A program made the position numbers and the translations under genes. Source: Chitinophagaceae bacterium (lineage in GTDB: Bacteria > Bacteroidota > Bacteroidia > Chitinophagales > Chitinophagaceae). Taken from it: a DNA stretch of 64,000 nucleotides. The notes below the pieces were generated by a model that saw nothing but the letters and a program-made list of their open reading frames with translations, had not been told where the DNA came from and did not search any database. Of this stretch, positions 45,870 to 56,300 are shown one piece after another; the stretch's first letter is position 1; every line of letters starts with the position of its first letter. The DNA lies in the NCBI GenBank assembly GCA_022841365.1, contig JALHRP010000004.1:48106-112105 (forward strand), given 5' to 3'.

Positions 45870-47309
45870 ATGGCGAACGACAAGCTTTTTGCAAATATCA
45901 TCTCACATGCCAAAGAGTATGGCTATATCTTTCAATCGTCTGAAATTTATGATGGCCTCAGTGCGGTATATGATTACGGCCAGTACGGCGCACAACTCAA
46001 AAAAAATATCAGGGATCTGTGGTGGAAAAGTATGACCCAGCTCCACGAAAATATTGTGGGTATTGATGCAGCCATCTTTATGCATCCAACCACCTGGAAG
46101 GCCAGCGGCCACGTTGATAATTTCAGCGACCCGATGATTGATAACAAAGACAGTAAAAAACGCTACCGTGTTGATCATTTAATTGAGGCACATGCTGAAA
46201 CATTATCCGATTCTGAATCTGCTGCTCTGATCTCTCAAATGGAACAATTGCTGGCAGCAGATGATTTCGCCGGCATCAAACAACTCATCGAAGAAAATAA
46301 AATCAAGTGCAGTGTAAGCGGTACATGTAACTGGACAGATGTGCGTCAGTTCAACCTCATGTTCTCTACCGAATTTGGTGCAGTAGCAAGCGATAACCCC
46401 GATGATAATATTGTGTACCTCCGCCCTGAAACAGCGCAAGGTATTTTTGTAAACTTCCTCAACGTGCAAAAAACCGGACGGATGAAAATCCCGTTCGGTA
46501 TTGCACAAACAGGAAAAGCGTTTCGTAACGAAATTGTTGCCCGTCAGTTTATTTTCCGCATGCGTGAATTTGAACAGATGGAAATGCAGTTCTTCGTTCG
46601 CCCCGGCACAGAACTGGATTGGTATGCGCATTGGAAAGAAACCCGCATGCAGTGGCATAAAGATTTAGGATTGCCTGCAGACAAACTTCGTTTTCATGAT
46701 CACGTTAAGCTGGCACACTATGCAAATGCTGCCTTGGATATTGAATACGAATTTCCGTTTGGATGGAAGGAACTGGAAGGTGTTCACTCAAGAACAGATT
46801 ACGATCTTCGTCGTCATCAGGAATTCAGCAAAAAGAAAATGCAGTATTTCGATACAGAGATCAACCAGAATTATATCCCTTATGTGGTGGAAACGTCTGT
46901 GGGACTCGATCGTTTGTTCCTCACCATTTTAAGCAATGCTTACCACGAAGAGCAGGTGCCTACATCGGAAGAAGGAAAGACCGATACCAGAACCGTTTTA
47001 CGTATTCCCGCCAAACTGGCCCCCGTTAAACTGGCTATTTTTCCACTTACAAAAAAAGATGGACTGCCCGAAATTGCCCGTTCTATCATGCAGGAATGTA
47101 TGCCGCATTTTGCCTGTTTTTATGAGGAAAAAGATGCAATTGGCAAGCGTTACCGCCGCCAGGATGCAATAGGTACACCGTTTTGCGTAACGGTTGATCA
47201 TCAATCAAAAGAAGATGGTACAGTCACCATCAGAAACAGAGATACCCTTGTGCAAGAACGCATTGCAATAGCAAATGTTAAAGAATTTATGAATAAATCT
47301 ATTGCATAA
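45870..47309 (+). CDS. glyQS: Glycine--tRNA ligase (dimeric class II type)
   Basis: The start was trimmed to MANDKLFANIISHAKEYGYIFQSSEIYDGLSAVYDYGQYG. Motifs FRNEIVARQFIFRMREFEQMEMQFF and VVETSVGLDR are present. Confidence 0.92.
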   Translation: MANDKLFANIISHAKEYGYIFQSSEIYDGLSAVYDYGQYGAQLKKNIRDLWWKSMTQLHENIVGIDAAIFMHPTTWKASGHVDNFSDPMIDNKDSKKRYRVDHLIEAHAETLSDSESAALISQMEQLLAADDFAGIKQLIEENKIKCSVSGTCNWTDVRQFNLMFSTEFGAVASDNPDDNIVYLRPETAQGIFVNFLNVQKTGRMKIPFGIAQTGKAFRNEIVARQFIFRMREFEQMEMQFFVRPGTELDWYAHWKETRMQWHKDLGLPADKLRFHDHVKLAHYANAALDIEYEFPFGWKELEGVHSRTDYDLRRHQEFSKKKMQYFDTEINQNYIPYVVETSVGLDRLFLTILSNAYHEEQVPTSEEGKTDTRTVLRIPAKLAPVKLAIFPLTKKDGLPEIARSIMQECMPHFACFYEEKDAIGKRYRRQDAIGTPFCVTVDHQSKEDGTVTIRNRDTLVQERIAIANVKEFMNKSIA

Positions 47310-47433
47310 TTGAATGAAGTAACCTAATTTGCCATCGAAAACACCAACGATTACGTAAATATTCAACGGAAGAGGTGTAAAATCATAAACCCATCGGCAA
47401 TCGTTAAATTGTAAAACAAAATAACCGGATAAA

Positions 47434-47742
47434 ATGAACTTAAGCTTAAGTCAATTAACCCTTGAAATGCATATTGTATTCTTTGCTGCTTTTTTGCTGG
47501 TTGCTGCAATCTTTGGTCTGTTGATAGGCCGCAAACAGATTGGCAAAAAACAAAAACGCATTCTGGAGCTGGAAAACGAAATGCTGAACGCTCATAATGA
47601 AATCCTGAAATTTGCGAAAACAAACAAACAACTCACCGAAACTCTGGAAAAAGCAAAAATTCCTTTCCCTGTTACACGCATAGATGCAGAAGAAGATGAA
47701 GACGAAAAAGTAAGAAAAATCCCTCTCGGTAAAATAGGATAA
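47434..47742 (+). CDS. Membrane-anchored coiled-coil hypothetical protein (102 aa)
   Basis: One N-terminal TM helix, then a helical region and an acidic tail. Confidence 0.55.
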   Translation: MNLSLSQLTLEMHIVFFAAFLLVAAIFGLLIGRKQIGKKQKRILELENEMLNAHNEILKFAKTNKQLTETLEKAKIPFPVTRIDAEEDEDEKVRKIPLGKIG

Positions 47743-47757
47743 ACAACCGGTCAGAAA

Positions 47758-47794
47758 TAAAAAAAAAGAACCATCGTAACGTGGTTCTTTTTTT
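47758..47794. terminator. Bidirectional intrinsic terminator
   Basis: A9-GAACCA-tcgtaacg-TGGTTC-T7 lies between convergent genes. Confidence 0.7.
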
Positions 47795-47812
47795 ATGGGT
47801 TCAAAAACCGGT

Positions 47813-50800
47813 TTACTGTTTCACCAGTTTCTGCATAAATACTTCGTTTCCTGTTTGATCTCTGATCTCAACAAAATAAGTGCCCGCTGCAAGTTTGCTT
47901 ACATCAAAAGCGGTGTTTTGATATGGAAGTCTGCTGCTTAACAATACCTGACCCAGAGCATTCATTACTCTCACATTGATTTCACTTACCTGATCTTTAT
48001 TACCCGTAACAATCATCAGCGTATTGCCGGTATTATTGTACACTGCTTTTACAAAAACGCCTTCGGTATTACTTACCGTAACAATATTGGAGTATGCAAA
48101 CTTACCATCCTGATCAATCATTTTTAAGCGGTAATAAAACTGGTTACCTTTTATCAATACTTGCTGATCGGTGAACGAATACGATACCGGTTGTGATGAT
48201 GTACCTCGTGCTGCAACGGTTCCCACTTTTTCAAAACGGGGATCATTATCAATTCTTCTTTCCACTTCAAAACGGTCGCTGTTATTTTCTGTTGCCGTTT
48301 GCCATTTCACATCAACATCAGGATATTTTTTGTTTGCAGTAAAGCTGATGAGAGTTACAGGTAATGGCTGGTTGAGATTGATGCCGCCTCCGTTGATCCA
48401 CAGTTCTGAGAACGATCTTACTTTAAACTCTGCATAATAACCATTGTTAAACGGAACCACATCAACATTACCCGGCGGGATAAACAGGTATATGCCGGAG
48501 TTATCGGCAAGTGTTCCGTTTTCATTGATGCCGCTGAATTTTGTTACACCTGCAAGAAATGCATCTCTGATGCTGGTGCAGGTTCCGCAACCTGTTGCTG
48601 TAATCAACGCAGTGGCTTCCTGTTCTGTAAAGTAAAAACGAACAAGCACACTGTCTGTTGGTGCTATGGCAGATGTAATCACCAGATTACGATCAAGATA
48701 ATATTGGTTGTTGATGAAACGCACGGCACCGGTGTTAATGTATGCACTCACATCTGTACTTCCTAAATTTTGTCCCAACGGGTTGATGGATGCAACCAGA
48801 TTGCCACCGCTGCTGAAGTTGATCCAGTTACTGCCGCTAACATTTTGATTGATATTTAAAACATTGGCACCGGTGTAAATGGTTGCTTTTTCAAAAATAT
48901 GTATGTCATCAATCCCTATGCCTTCGGCTTGTGTTAACTCATCGCTCGACAGAAGAAAACGAAAACGAACAGAAGCTGCGTTAGGTACTTCTGTACTTGA
49001 TACATGCCAGCGTTGTATATTTCTTCTCCATGATTGATTGGCAGAAGAATCGAACCAGTTGGTACCGTTTACTGCAGTTAAGCGTTGCCAGTTTGTTCCG
49101 TTATCGGTGCTGTATTCCAATGTATGAAAATCGCAGTTGCAGTTATCTTCCTGTTGTGAAATATGACTGAAGCTGAGCACAGGCTGTGTTAAACTGCTTA
49201 AGTTAAAACAGGGTGAGTAGAGATAGGAATTTTCGTTTTGTTTGTACGTGCTGTTTAATGTGGTAAACCATCCTTTGGTTTCACTGGCTGCTCTTGAGGT
49301 AACAGATTTAGATGGCACACCCCAGCGCCAGCTGCTGTAACTCAACGTATCGGTAAACCAGTTGCCGTTGCTTGTTTCAAAACGTTCTAAGTAAGGGAAT
49401 GCAGATACAACCGGGCTGCTGTAAACAAACTGATTGTTAATACTGTCGTTGATGGGATAATCATCACCGCTTAATTCAACCCATGCATCTATATCGTAAG
49501 CTCTTGCAACACTCAGATCTGCTGTTGTGGTAAATGAATAATCTGTTTCACTGTTGGCTGCTAATGTGCCCACTGTTCCTGCAACGGCAGCTCCGTTGTT
49601 GATGCGATAATAAACAGGCACATTATTATATGTAGTTGATGTTGTATTTTTTATTCTGATGCTGATGGTTGCATTGCCGGGTGAGCAATTCAGTTTAGAA
49701 GGAGCAACCAGTCTTGTGACCATTACATCATTTGTTGTAGCAACAATACGGATATCATCAAACGAAAAACCATCATCCTGATCAGGAACATCGGGATCAT
49801 AACTGCCATTGTTGGCTGATGTAGTTCCCTGCTGATCAAACCTTACCTGAAAGCTGGATGTAATAGTTTGTCCCAAATCATTTATGTTAACAGAAGCTTG
49901 TTTTACTTCACCTAAGCCTCCCTGATTTAAACTGAGATCATACACCTGTATCCATGGATCGGTATCGCTGCCTCTCATCCACACACCCGTGTTGGGTTGT
50001 TTCAACTGGCCGTGGTTACGGAATTTAAAATCGAAACGTAAACCCGGTGTTGCACTATAACTGCTGAGGTTGATGGTTCCTGTTAATTGATTTGTTGCAA
50101 GTGTGCCTGTGTAGTTCACAGCATCAAGTGTTGCAGATCTGTTTCCATTTACAGCAACACCTGAATTAATAAATGTGCGGAAACGTCCGTTATTGTTTGT
50201 GGTAGTAAAATCATACCTGTCGGCATTGGTTAGTGCAAAGAGATTGCTGTTGAATTCTGTTGTGCCTGTTGTTTCAAAACTTTCAGTATAAGGAAGTGTA
50301 ACAGCGGGGTTGGCAACATGTTTTAATGTATAGGTCCGTTCGTCATTTGCAGTTTGTGCATCACCTGTTTGTTTTACTTCAACCCGAATAGTGTAGTTGC
50401 CGTTTGCAGAAAGATTGGCTGTTGTTGCAAACGTGTAATCCACAGTTCCACCTGCTGCAATGATTGCTGCAGAGTTTTCTGTAATCACCGCTCCTCCGTT
50501 AATCTGGTAAGAAACATTATAACTGCCGGGAGTAGCTGCATTATCCAGGTTTTTTATACGCACAGTAATTTGCTGTGCGGCAGATAACTGTGTGCCGGTA
50601 TTGGTTCGTCCGTTTGTTGGAGAAAGTAAACTGTCAATTTTAAGATCATTATCAAATGCAGCATCAGTACAGGCTGTAGCAAGTGTTGGGGTAACGCTTC
50701 TGGCTGCAGCTCTCATACCAAGTGAATCGCTCATACGTGGCCGTACAGTAAACCAGTACAATTGATTTCTATCCAAACCGCTTACTCTGTAATTGGTTAA

Positions 50801-53107
50801 TGTTGTTGTGGTGAGGATATTGAATTCGCCGTTTACCAATTGCAATACTTCATAATCGGTTGCATTGGTAATGGCACCCCAGGATAAATCAACATATCCT
50901 TCACAGGGAACTGCAGTGGTTAATGCCGGTTGTGAAAGGATAGTAAAATTTCCGGGCGATACGGCTGAAGCACCACCACCATCTCTTGTAACTCTTACCT
51001 TCCCTCTGTTTGTTGGAGTATTGGGTAAACCAAACCAGCGGTAACGGTGCTGGTTAGCTGCAATACCACTTGCTACCGGCAACCATGTGCTTCCGTCGTC
51101 TGTTGAATATTCAATGGTGAATGTGTTTGAGCTGTTATCTGTTGCAGTCCATTTAATAATTTCTTCCAGACCGGGAGAAAAACGTTCGCCTCCGTAAGGA
51201 TGTTCAATAATAATTTCATCTCTTACAAATTCGTAAGTAACCACATACTCCTGCGGACCAACAGGTACATTGAAGCCTGAAAGATTAATTGTGATGTTTG
51301 AACCCGGATTATCAATCGTTACCTGTTCAATATTGTTTAAATGATCGGCACCTCTTGTTGCATTGTTGTTTACAGATGCAGGGGCGGGGTTTAGTATCCA
51401 CGGTTCATAAGTCGTTACTCCATCTGTAACTGTTAAGTCGAGGTCGTTCACCAATGCAACAGATGAAAGCGGAGTGCTTTCTTTATCGTGCCAGTACAAC
51501 ATCACTTTTACTTTTGTAGTACCTAGAGGTACGGCAATGTTTTGTGTGGCGGTGCCCGATGTAACCAATGTGCCTGAAAAAAATCTCCCCTGTTCAATTG
51601 CAACAGTTGCATTACGTGGATTAATTAATCCAAAACCATAACCGTAATCGGGGCCGGGGTTGCCTCTGTCGTCTGCTGTATTGCATAAAACTGCTTTTAA
51701 TAAAGCTGTTTTGGGATAACTGTTTCCGTTAAGTTGTTTATACCGTTCTGTTAGTAAAGACCAAACACCTGCAACAAACGGAGCGGAAAAGCTGGTACCA
51801 AAACCTGCTGCATAAGTGTTATTAAAACTGGTGGAAAACACACTTACACCGCTGGCTGTAACTTCCGGTTTAATACGGCCATCATCAACAGGTCCTTTGC
51901 TTGAGCTGAGGTTTAATACATCTGTTCCTACATGATAATCGGCAACATCTAATACATTTTTAGAAACCTGATAACCGCTTTTGATGGTACCGAATGATGT
52001 AGGATACGGTGTGCAGGTGCGTTGCCCGTCGTTACCTGCAGCAAAAATGTGTTGCAGGTAGGGATTGTTGTACATCTGCTGATCAATGTATACACTCAGC
52101 TCATTATAATCTCTGTTACCCGGGCAACCTGTTAATCCGTTAAAATAGGAGTTGTTGGTTACCGTCATGTTGTAATCTGTATAATAGATCCCTGACTTTG
52201 TAAGAATGTAATCAAAGTAATCTGCAATGAGCATACTCTTTGGTGCAACACCTTTTAACCGTTCTTCAATTAATCCATCGCCACCTGCAACACCTGTCAC
52301 CTGTCGCCCGTGGTTGTTTGTATGAAACACCGGATTTCTGTTTATGAGATTTGTACTGTTATCCAGATGAAACGGATTTGCATTATCGCCAATGCCGAGT
52401 GTAATTCCATTTCCAGATAAATTTCTTCCTGCCACTTCCAAACTGGTTAAGTTGGTTAAACCAAATAAACCACGTTCACGCTGGTTCAATGGTTCGTTTT
52501 GAAGAAAGGAAAGATTGATGTAGGTTATAAAAGGCAGTTCGCTGATTTCAGCAATTCTGTTGGCTGCTACTGAAACCTGTGCAAGACCCTGGTTTAAATA
52601 ATCAGCTTTTGTAAGTGTAACATCATATCGGGCAAGTATGGGAAATACATCGTTCCATTTTACTCCCGGCATCAATTGGATGTTCAGCAACAAAGGAGCT
52701 GCAGAAGTTTGCTGCTGCAATTGTGTTTTTATTTCGGCACCCAGCTTGGCAGTACCCGGTAATTGAACAACAGCTTTTACACCTGCTTGATAAAGACGGG
52801 AAAGCATGGGCACACTTTTCATTCTTACCTGATAGGTATAATCGGGCAAATAATACAGCATCTCAACACCCATTGCTTTCAGTTCTGTTTGCTGAGCAGC
52901 GGAAAGTGGTTGTTGAAAAACAAGTAACGCATACATCGCCGTTCCAAATCTTCCTTTTTGCAGCACAGTGGTTACTTCATTCGCAACCATATTTTCTTTC
53001 ACAATGAGGTTGCCAGTTTTAAGACGAAGTGTACCTGCCTGTTTTTGACCAACAGTGTGCTGACAGATGAACAGTAGTAACACTAAAACAACCGGAATCT
53101 TTTTCAT
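47813..53107 (-). CDS. Giant S8 (subtilisin-family) serine peptidase with T9SS C-terminal sorting domain (1764 aa)
   Basis: The start was trimmed to MKKIPVVLVLLLFICQHTVGQ. The catalytic triad contexts are GIGDNANPF (Asp), NNHGRQVTGVAGG (His) and GTSFSAPFVAGVW (Ser). An FN3-like module and two CARDB-like + MAM-like module pairs follow. The T9SS CTD is ...LAAGTYFVEIRDQTGNEVFMQKLVKQ. Confidence 0.9.
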   Translation of the reverse strand: MKKIPVVLVLLLFICQHTVGQKQAGTLRLKTGNLIVKENMVANEVTTVLQKGRFGTAMYALLVFQQPLSAAQQTELKAMGVEMLYYLPDYTYQVRMKSVPMLSRLYQAGVKAVVQLPGTAKLGAEIKTQLQQQTSAAPLLLNIQLMPGVKWNDVFPILARYDVTLTKADYLNQGLAQVSVAANRIAEISELPFITYINLSFLQNEPLNQRERGLFGLTNLTSLEVAGRNLSGNGITLGIGDNANPFHLDNSTNLINRNPVFHTNNHGRQVTGVAGGDGLIEERLKGVAPKSMLIADYFDYILTKSGIYYTDYNMTVTNNSYFNGLTGCPGNRDYNELSVYIDQQMYNNPYLQHIFAAGNDGQRTCTPYPTSFGTIKSGYQVSKNVLDVADYHVGTDVLNLSSSKGPVDDGRIKPEVTASGVSVFSTSFNNTYAAGFGTSFSAPFVAGVWSLLTERYKQLNGNSYPKTALLKAVLCNTADDRGNPGPDYGYGFGLINPRNATVAIEQGRFFSGTLVTSGTATQNIAVPLGTTKVKVMLYWHDKESTPLSSVALVNDLDLTVTDGVTTYEPWILNPAPASVNNNATRGADHLNNIEQVTIDNPGSNITINLSGFNVPVGPQEYVVTYEFVRDEIIIEHPYGGERFSPGLEEIIKWTATDNSSNTFTIEYSTDDGSTWLPVASGIAANQHRYRWFGLPNTPTNRGKVRVTRDGGGASAVSPGNFTILSQPALTTAVPCEGYVDLSWGAITNATDYEVLQLVNGEFNILTTTTLTNYRVSGLDRNQLYWFTVRPRMSDSLGMRAAARSVTPTLATACTDAAFDNDLKIDSLLSPTNGRTNTGTQLSAAQQITVRIKNLDNAATPGSYNVSYQINGGAVITENSAAIIAAGGTVDYTFATTANLSANGNYTIRVEVKQTGDAQTANDERTYTLKHVANPAVTLPYTESFETTGTTEFNSNLFALTNADRYDFTTTNNNGRFRTFINSGVAVNGNRSATLDAVNYTGTLATNQLTGTINLSSYSATPGLRFDFKFRNHGQLKQPNTGVWMRGSDTDPWIQVYDLSLNQGGLGEVKQASVNINDLGQTITSSFQVRFDQQGTTSANNGSYDPDVPDQDDGFSFDDIRIVATTNDVMVTRLVAPSKLNCSPGNATISIRIKNTTSTTYNNVPVYYRINNGAAVAGTVGTLAANSETDYSFTTTADLSVARAYDIDAWVELSGDDYPINDSINNQFVYSSPVVSAFPYLERFETSNGNWFTDTLSYSSWRWGVPSKSVTSRAASETKGWFTTLNSTYKQNENSYLYSPCFNLSSLTQPVLSFSHISQQEDNCNCDFHTLEYSTDNGTNWQRLTAVNGTNWFDSSANQSWRRNIQRWHVSSTEVPNAASVRFRFLLSSDELTQAEGIGIDDIHIFEKATIYTGANVLNINQNVSGSNWINFSSGGNLVASINPLGQNLGSTDVSAYINTGAVRFINNQYYLDRNLVITSAIAPTDSVLVRFYFTEQEATALITATGCGTCTSIRDAFLAGVTKFSGINENGTLADNSGIYLFIPPGNVDVVPFNNGYYAEFKVRSFSELWINGGGINLNQPLPVTLISFTANKKYPDVDVKWQTATENNSDRFEVERRIDNDPRFEKVGTVAARGTSSQPVSYSFTDQQVLIKGNQFYYRLKMIDQDGKFAYSNIVTVSNTEGVFVKAVYNNTGNTLMIVTGNKDQVSEINVRVMNALGQVLLSSRLPYQNTAFDVSKLAAGTYFVEIRDQTGNEVFMQKLVKQ

Positions 53108-53323
53108 AAGCAGGTTTTGGAAAAAATAATTGAATCGGGTGATATACAATCTACGGTTATGGTTAAAGGCTGGATGGCAGTAGTTCATTGCTGATGGGTT
53201 TACAGGACTTTGGATGTAGCCAAAATTAATCATTATTCCCGTAAAGCGAAAGCCTGTGAAAGATTTGAGTGGTTTCTCTCATCAAAGATTAAAATCACTG
53301 ATCCGTACTTATCTTTGCCCCCT

Positions 53324-56300
53324 GTGAACGTTGAATTGCTGCAGAAAAAATTTAATGATGATCCCCGCCTTTTTCAACTGGCGAACAGGCTCTCTTTTGC
53401 CTCTCCCCAACGGATTTATCTCAATAACCTTTTAGGCAGCTCGTCGCAATTTGTAGCGGCAGCTGTGTTTAATCATTCTATTCTGGACCAGTACAATCAT
53501 CTGTTTATTGTAAATGATGCAGAAGAAGCCGCTTACTTTCATAATTCACTCGAAGGAATTACACAGGAGTTAAACCTGTTTTACTTCCCTTCTTCGTTTA
53601 AGCACCCAAAGAATTTCAGGCTGCTGAACTCCTCACATGTGATGTTACGTACGGAGGCGCTTACAAGGTTTTCAATGCCCACCGGTTTAAGAGTTGGAGC
53701 CATTGTTACGTATCCCGATGCATTGTTTGAAAAAGTGGTGTTGCCTTCCAAACTACAGGGTAATATGCTGCTGATAAAAACAAATGACACATTGGATGTT
53801 GACAGCCTGATGGGTTTTCTGGTTGATCTTGGATTTACACGTACTGATTTTGTTTATCAACCCGGTCAGTTTGCATTGCGTGGAGGTATCCTGGATATCT
53901 ATTCTTTCGGTAACGAAAAACCTTACAGAGTTGAACTGTTCGGTAACGATGTAGACAGTATCCGCATTTTTGATCCGGAGACACAGTTAAGTGAAAGACG
54001 TTTGGTGCAGGTGAGCATTATACCCAATATTGAAACGCAGTTTGAAAGTGGCGAAAAAGTATCGCTGTTTGATTTTCTTCCTGAGAATACTATTGTGTGG
54101 ATTAAGGATGCAGATATTCTGCATGAACGTTTGCTCACCATGGAAGAAGATCTTCATCACTATCAGCAGTTATCACCTGCTGCAAAAAACAGTGGCGGCG
54201 ATGATGATGACAGGCTTGAAAAAAATGAAGTTAGTGCCGATGATTTTATTCCTGCTGCGCAGGTTGCAGAGCAGTTGCTGCGCTATCATACCATTGAATT
54301 TGGATATAAACCCCATCTGCTTACTACAGTTGAAGATCAAAACAGGCTGGAGCTTCATTATCAAACCAGGCAACAACCTGCGTTTAACCGGCAATTTGAG
54401 TTACTGATCAAAGATCTTAAAACACAGGCGGCCAAAGGATTTGAAACATTCATTTTTGCCGAAAATCCAAAACAGCTCGAACGGTTGCACAGCATTTTTG
54501 CAGATCTTAAAGCAGAGATACAGTTTACGCCCATTCCTTTTTCTATTCATGAAGGGTTTATTGATGAGGATTTAAAACTGCTTTGTTATACCGATCATGA
54601 AATTTTTCAACGCTATCATAAATACAAGGTTAAACAGGCATATAATAAAAGTAAGGCCTTAACCATCCGTGCTTTAAAAGAATTGCAGCCGGGAGATTAT
54701 GTTACCCATATTGATCATGGTGTTGGCACATACAGCGGTTTACAGAAAATTGAGATCAATGGAAAATTGCAGGAAGCTGTTCGGTTGATTTACAAAGACA
54801 GTGATATTCTGTATGTAAACATCAACTCACTCCATAAAATTTCAAAGTATACCGGTAAAGAAGGAAGTGTACCCAAGATCAATAAACTGGGCAGTGATGT
54901 ATGGAACAAACTGAAAGAAAAAACAAAAATTAAAGTAAAAGAAATTGCGTTTGATCTTATTCAGTTATACGCCCAACGAAAGGCGCAGGAAGGTTTTGCA
55001 CATACGCCTGACAGTTATCTGCAAACAGAACTGGAAGCTTCTTTTATGTATGAGGATACGCCGGATCAAAGCAAGGCAACAGCAGATGTAAAGAAAGATA
55101 TGGAATCTCCATCGCCTATGGATCGGTTGGTTTGTGGTGATGTGGGTTTTGGTAAAACAGAAATTGCTGTTCGTGCAGCATTTAAAACAGTGTGCGATGG
55201 AAAGCAGGCAGCTATCATGGTGCCCACAACCATTCTTGCTTATCAGCATTACAAAACATTTCAGGAACGGTTAAAAGATTTTCCTGTTACGGTTGATTAT
55301 GTCAACAGGTTTAAATCAACCAAAGAAAAAAAGGAAACATTTAAAAAGCTGGAAGAAGGAAAGGTAGATATTATTGTAGGTACACATGCTCTGTTGGGTA
55401 AAGAAGTAAAATATAAAAACCTGGGGCTGCTGGTGGTAGATGAAGAACAGAAATTTGGTGTGGGGCATAAAGAAAAGATCAAGACATTAAAAACAAATGT
55501 TGATTCACTCACACTAACGGCAACACCTATCCCACGCACACTGCAGTTCAGTTTAATGGGTGCAAGAGATTTGAGTATTATGAATACGCCGCCGCCTAAC
55601 CGACAACCTATTCAAACAGAAGTGCAGGTTTTTCAGGAAGATTTTATCCGTGATGCGATCTATTTTGAAACAGAGCGTGGCGGACAAGTGTTCTTTATTC
55701 ATAACCGAATAGCCGGCCTGGCTGAAATGGCTGCCATCATTCAACGTTTGTGTCCTGATCTCAGCATTGGTTTTGCACACGGACAAATGGAAGGGCACGA
55801 ACTGGAAGAACGCATCTTCGATTTCATCAGCAAAAAGTATGATGTACTGGTTTGCACCAATATTGTAGAAAGCGGTGTGGATATTCCAAACGTAAACACC
55901 ATTATGGTAAACAATGCACATCAGTTTGGTTTAAGTGATCTGCATCAGTTACGTGGAAGAGTAGGCCGCAGTAATAAAAAAGCATTCTGTTATTTATTGG
56001 CACCGCCCATGAGTACATTACCCAACGATTCGAGAAAGCGTTTGCAAACACTGGAACAACACAGTGAGTTGGGCAGCGGTTTTCAGATTGCCATGCGTGA
56101 CCTTGATATTCGTGGTGCAGGAAATATGCTGGGTGGTGAGCAAAGCGGTTTTATGGCAGAGATTGGTTTTGAAATGTACCAGAAGGTATTGGACGAAGCC
56201 ATAAGAGAATTAAAACGTACCAGGTTCCGTGAACTGTTTAAAGAAGAAATACAGCAACAGGAAAACTATGTAAAGGATTGTGTGATTGATACCGATCTGG

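Noticed and set aside
53108-53323. Mutually overlapping N-terminal extensions of the S8 peptidase ORF (to 53233) and the mfd ORF (from 53210)
   Set aside because: The peptidase has a canonical signal peptide starting at 53107. The Mfd homology starts near the GVNVELLQKKF region. Treating the spacer as a divergent promoter region is more parsimonious, although the exact mfd start remains uncertain.
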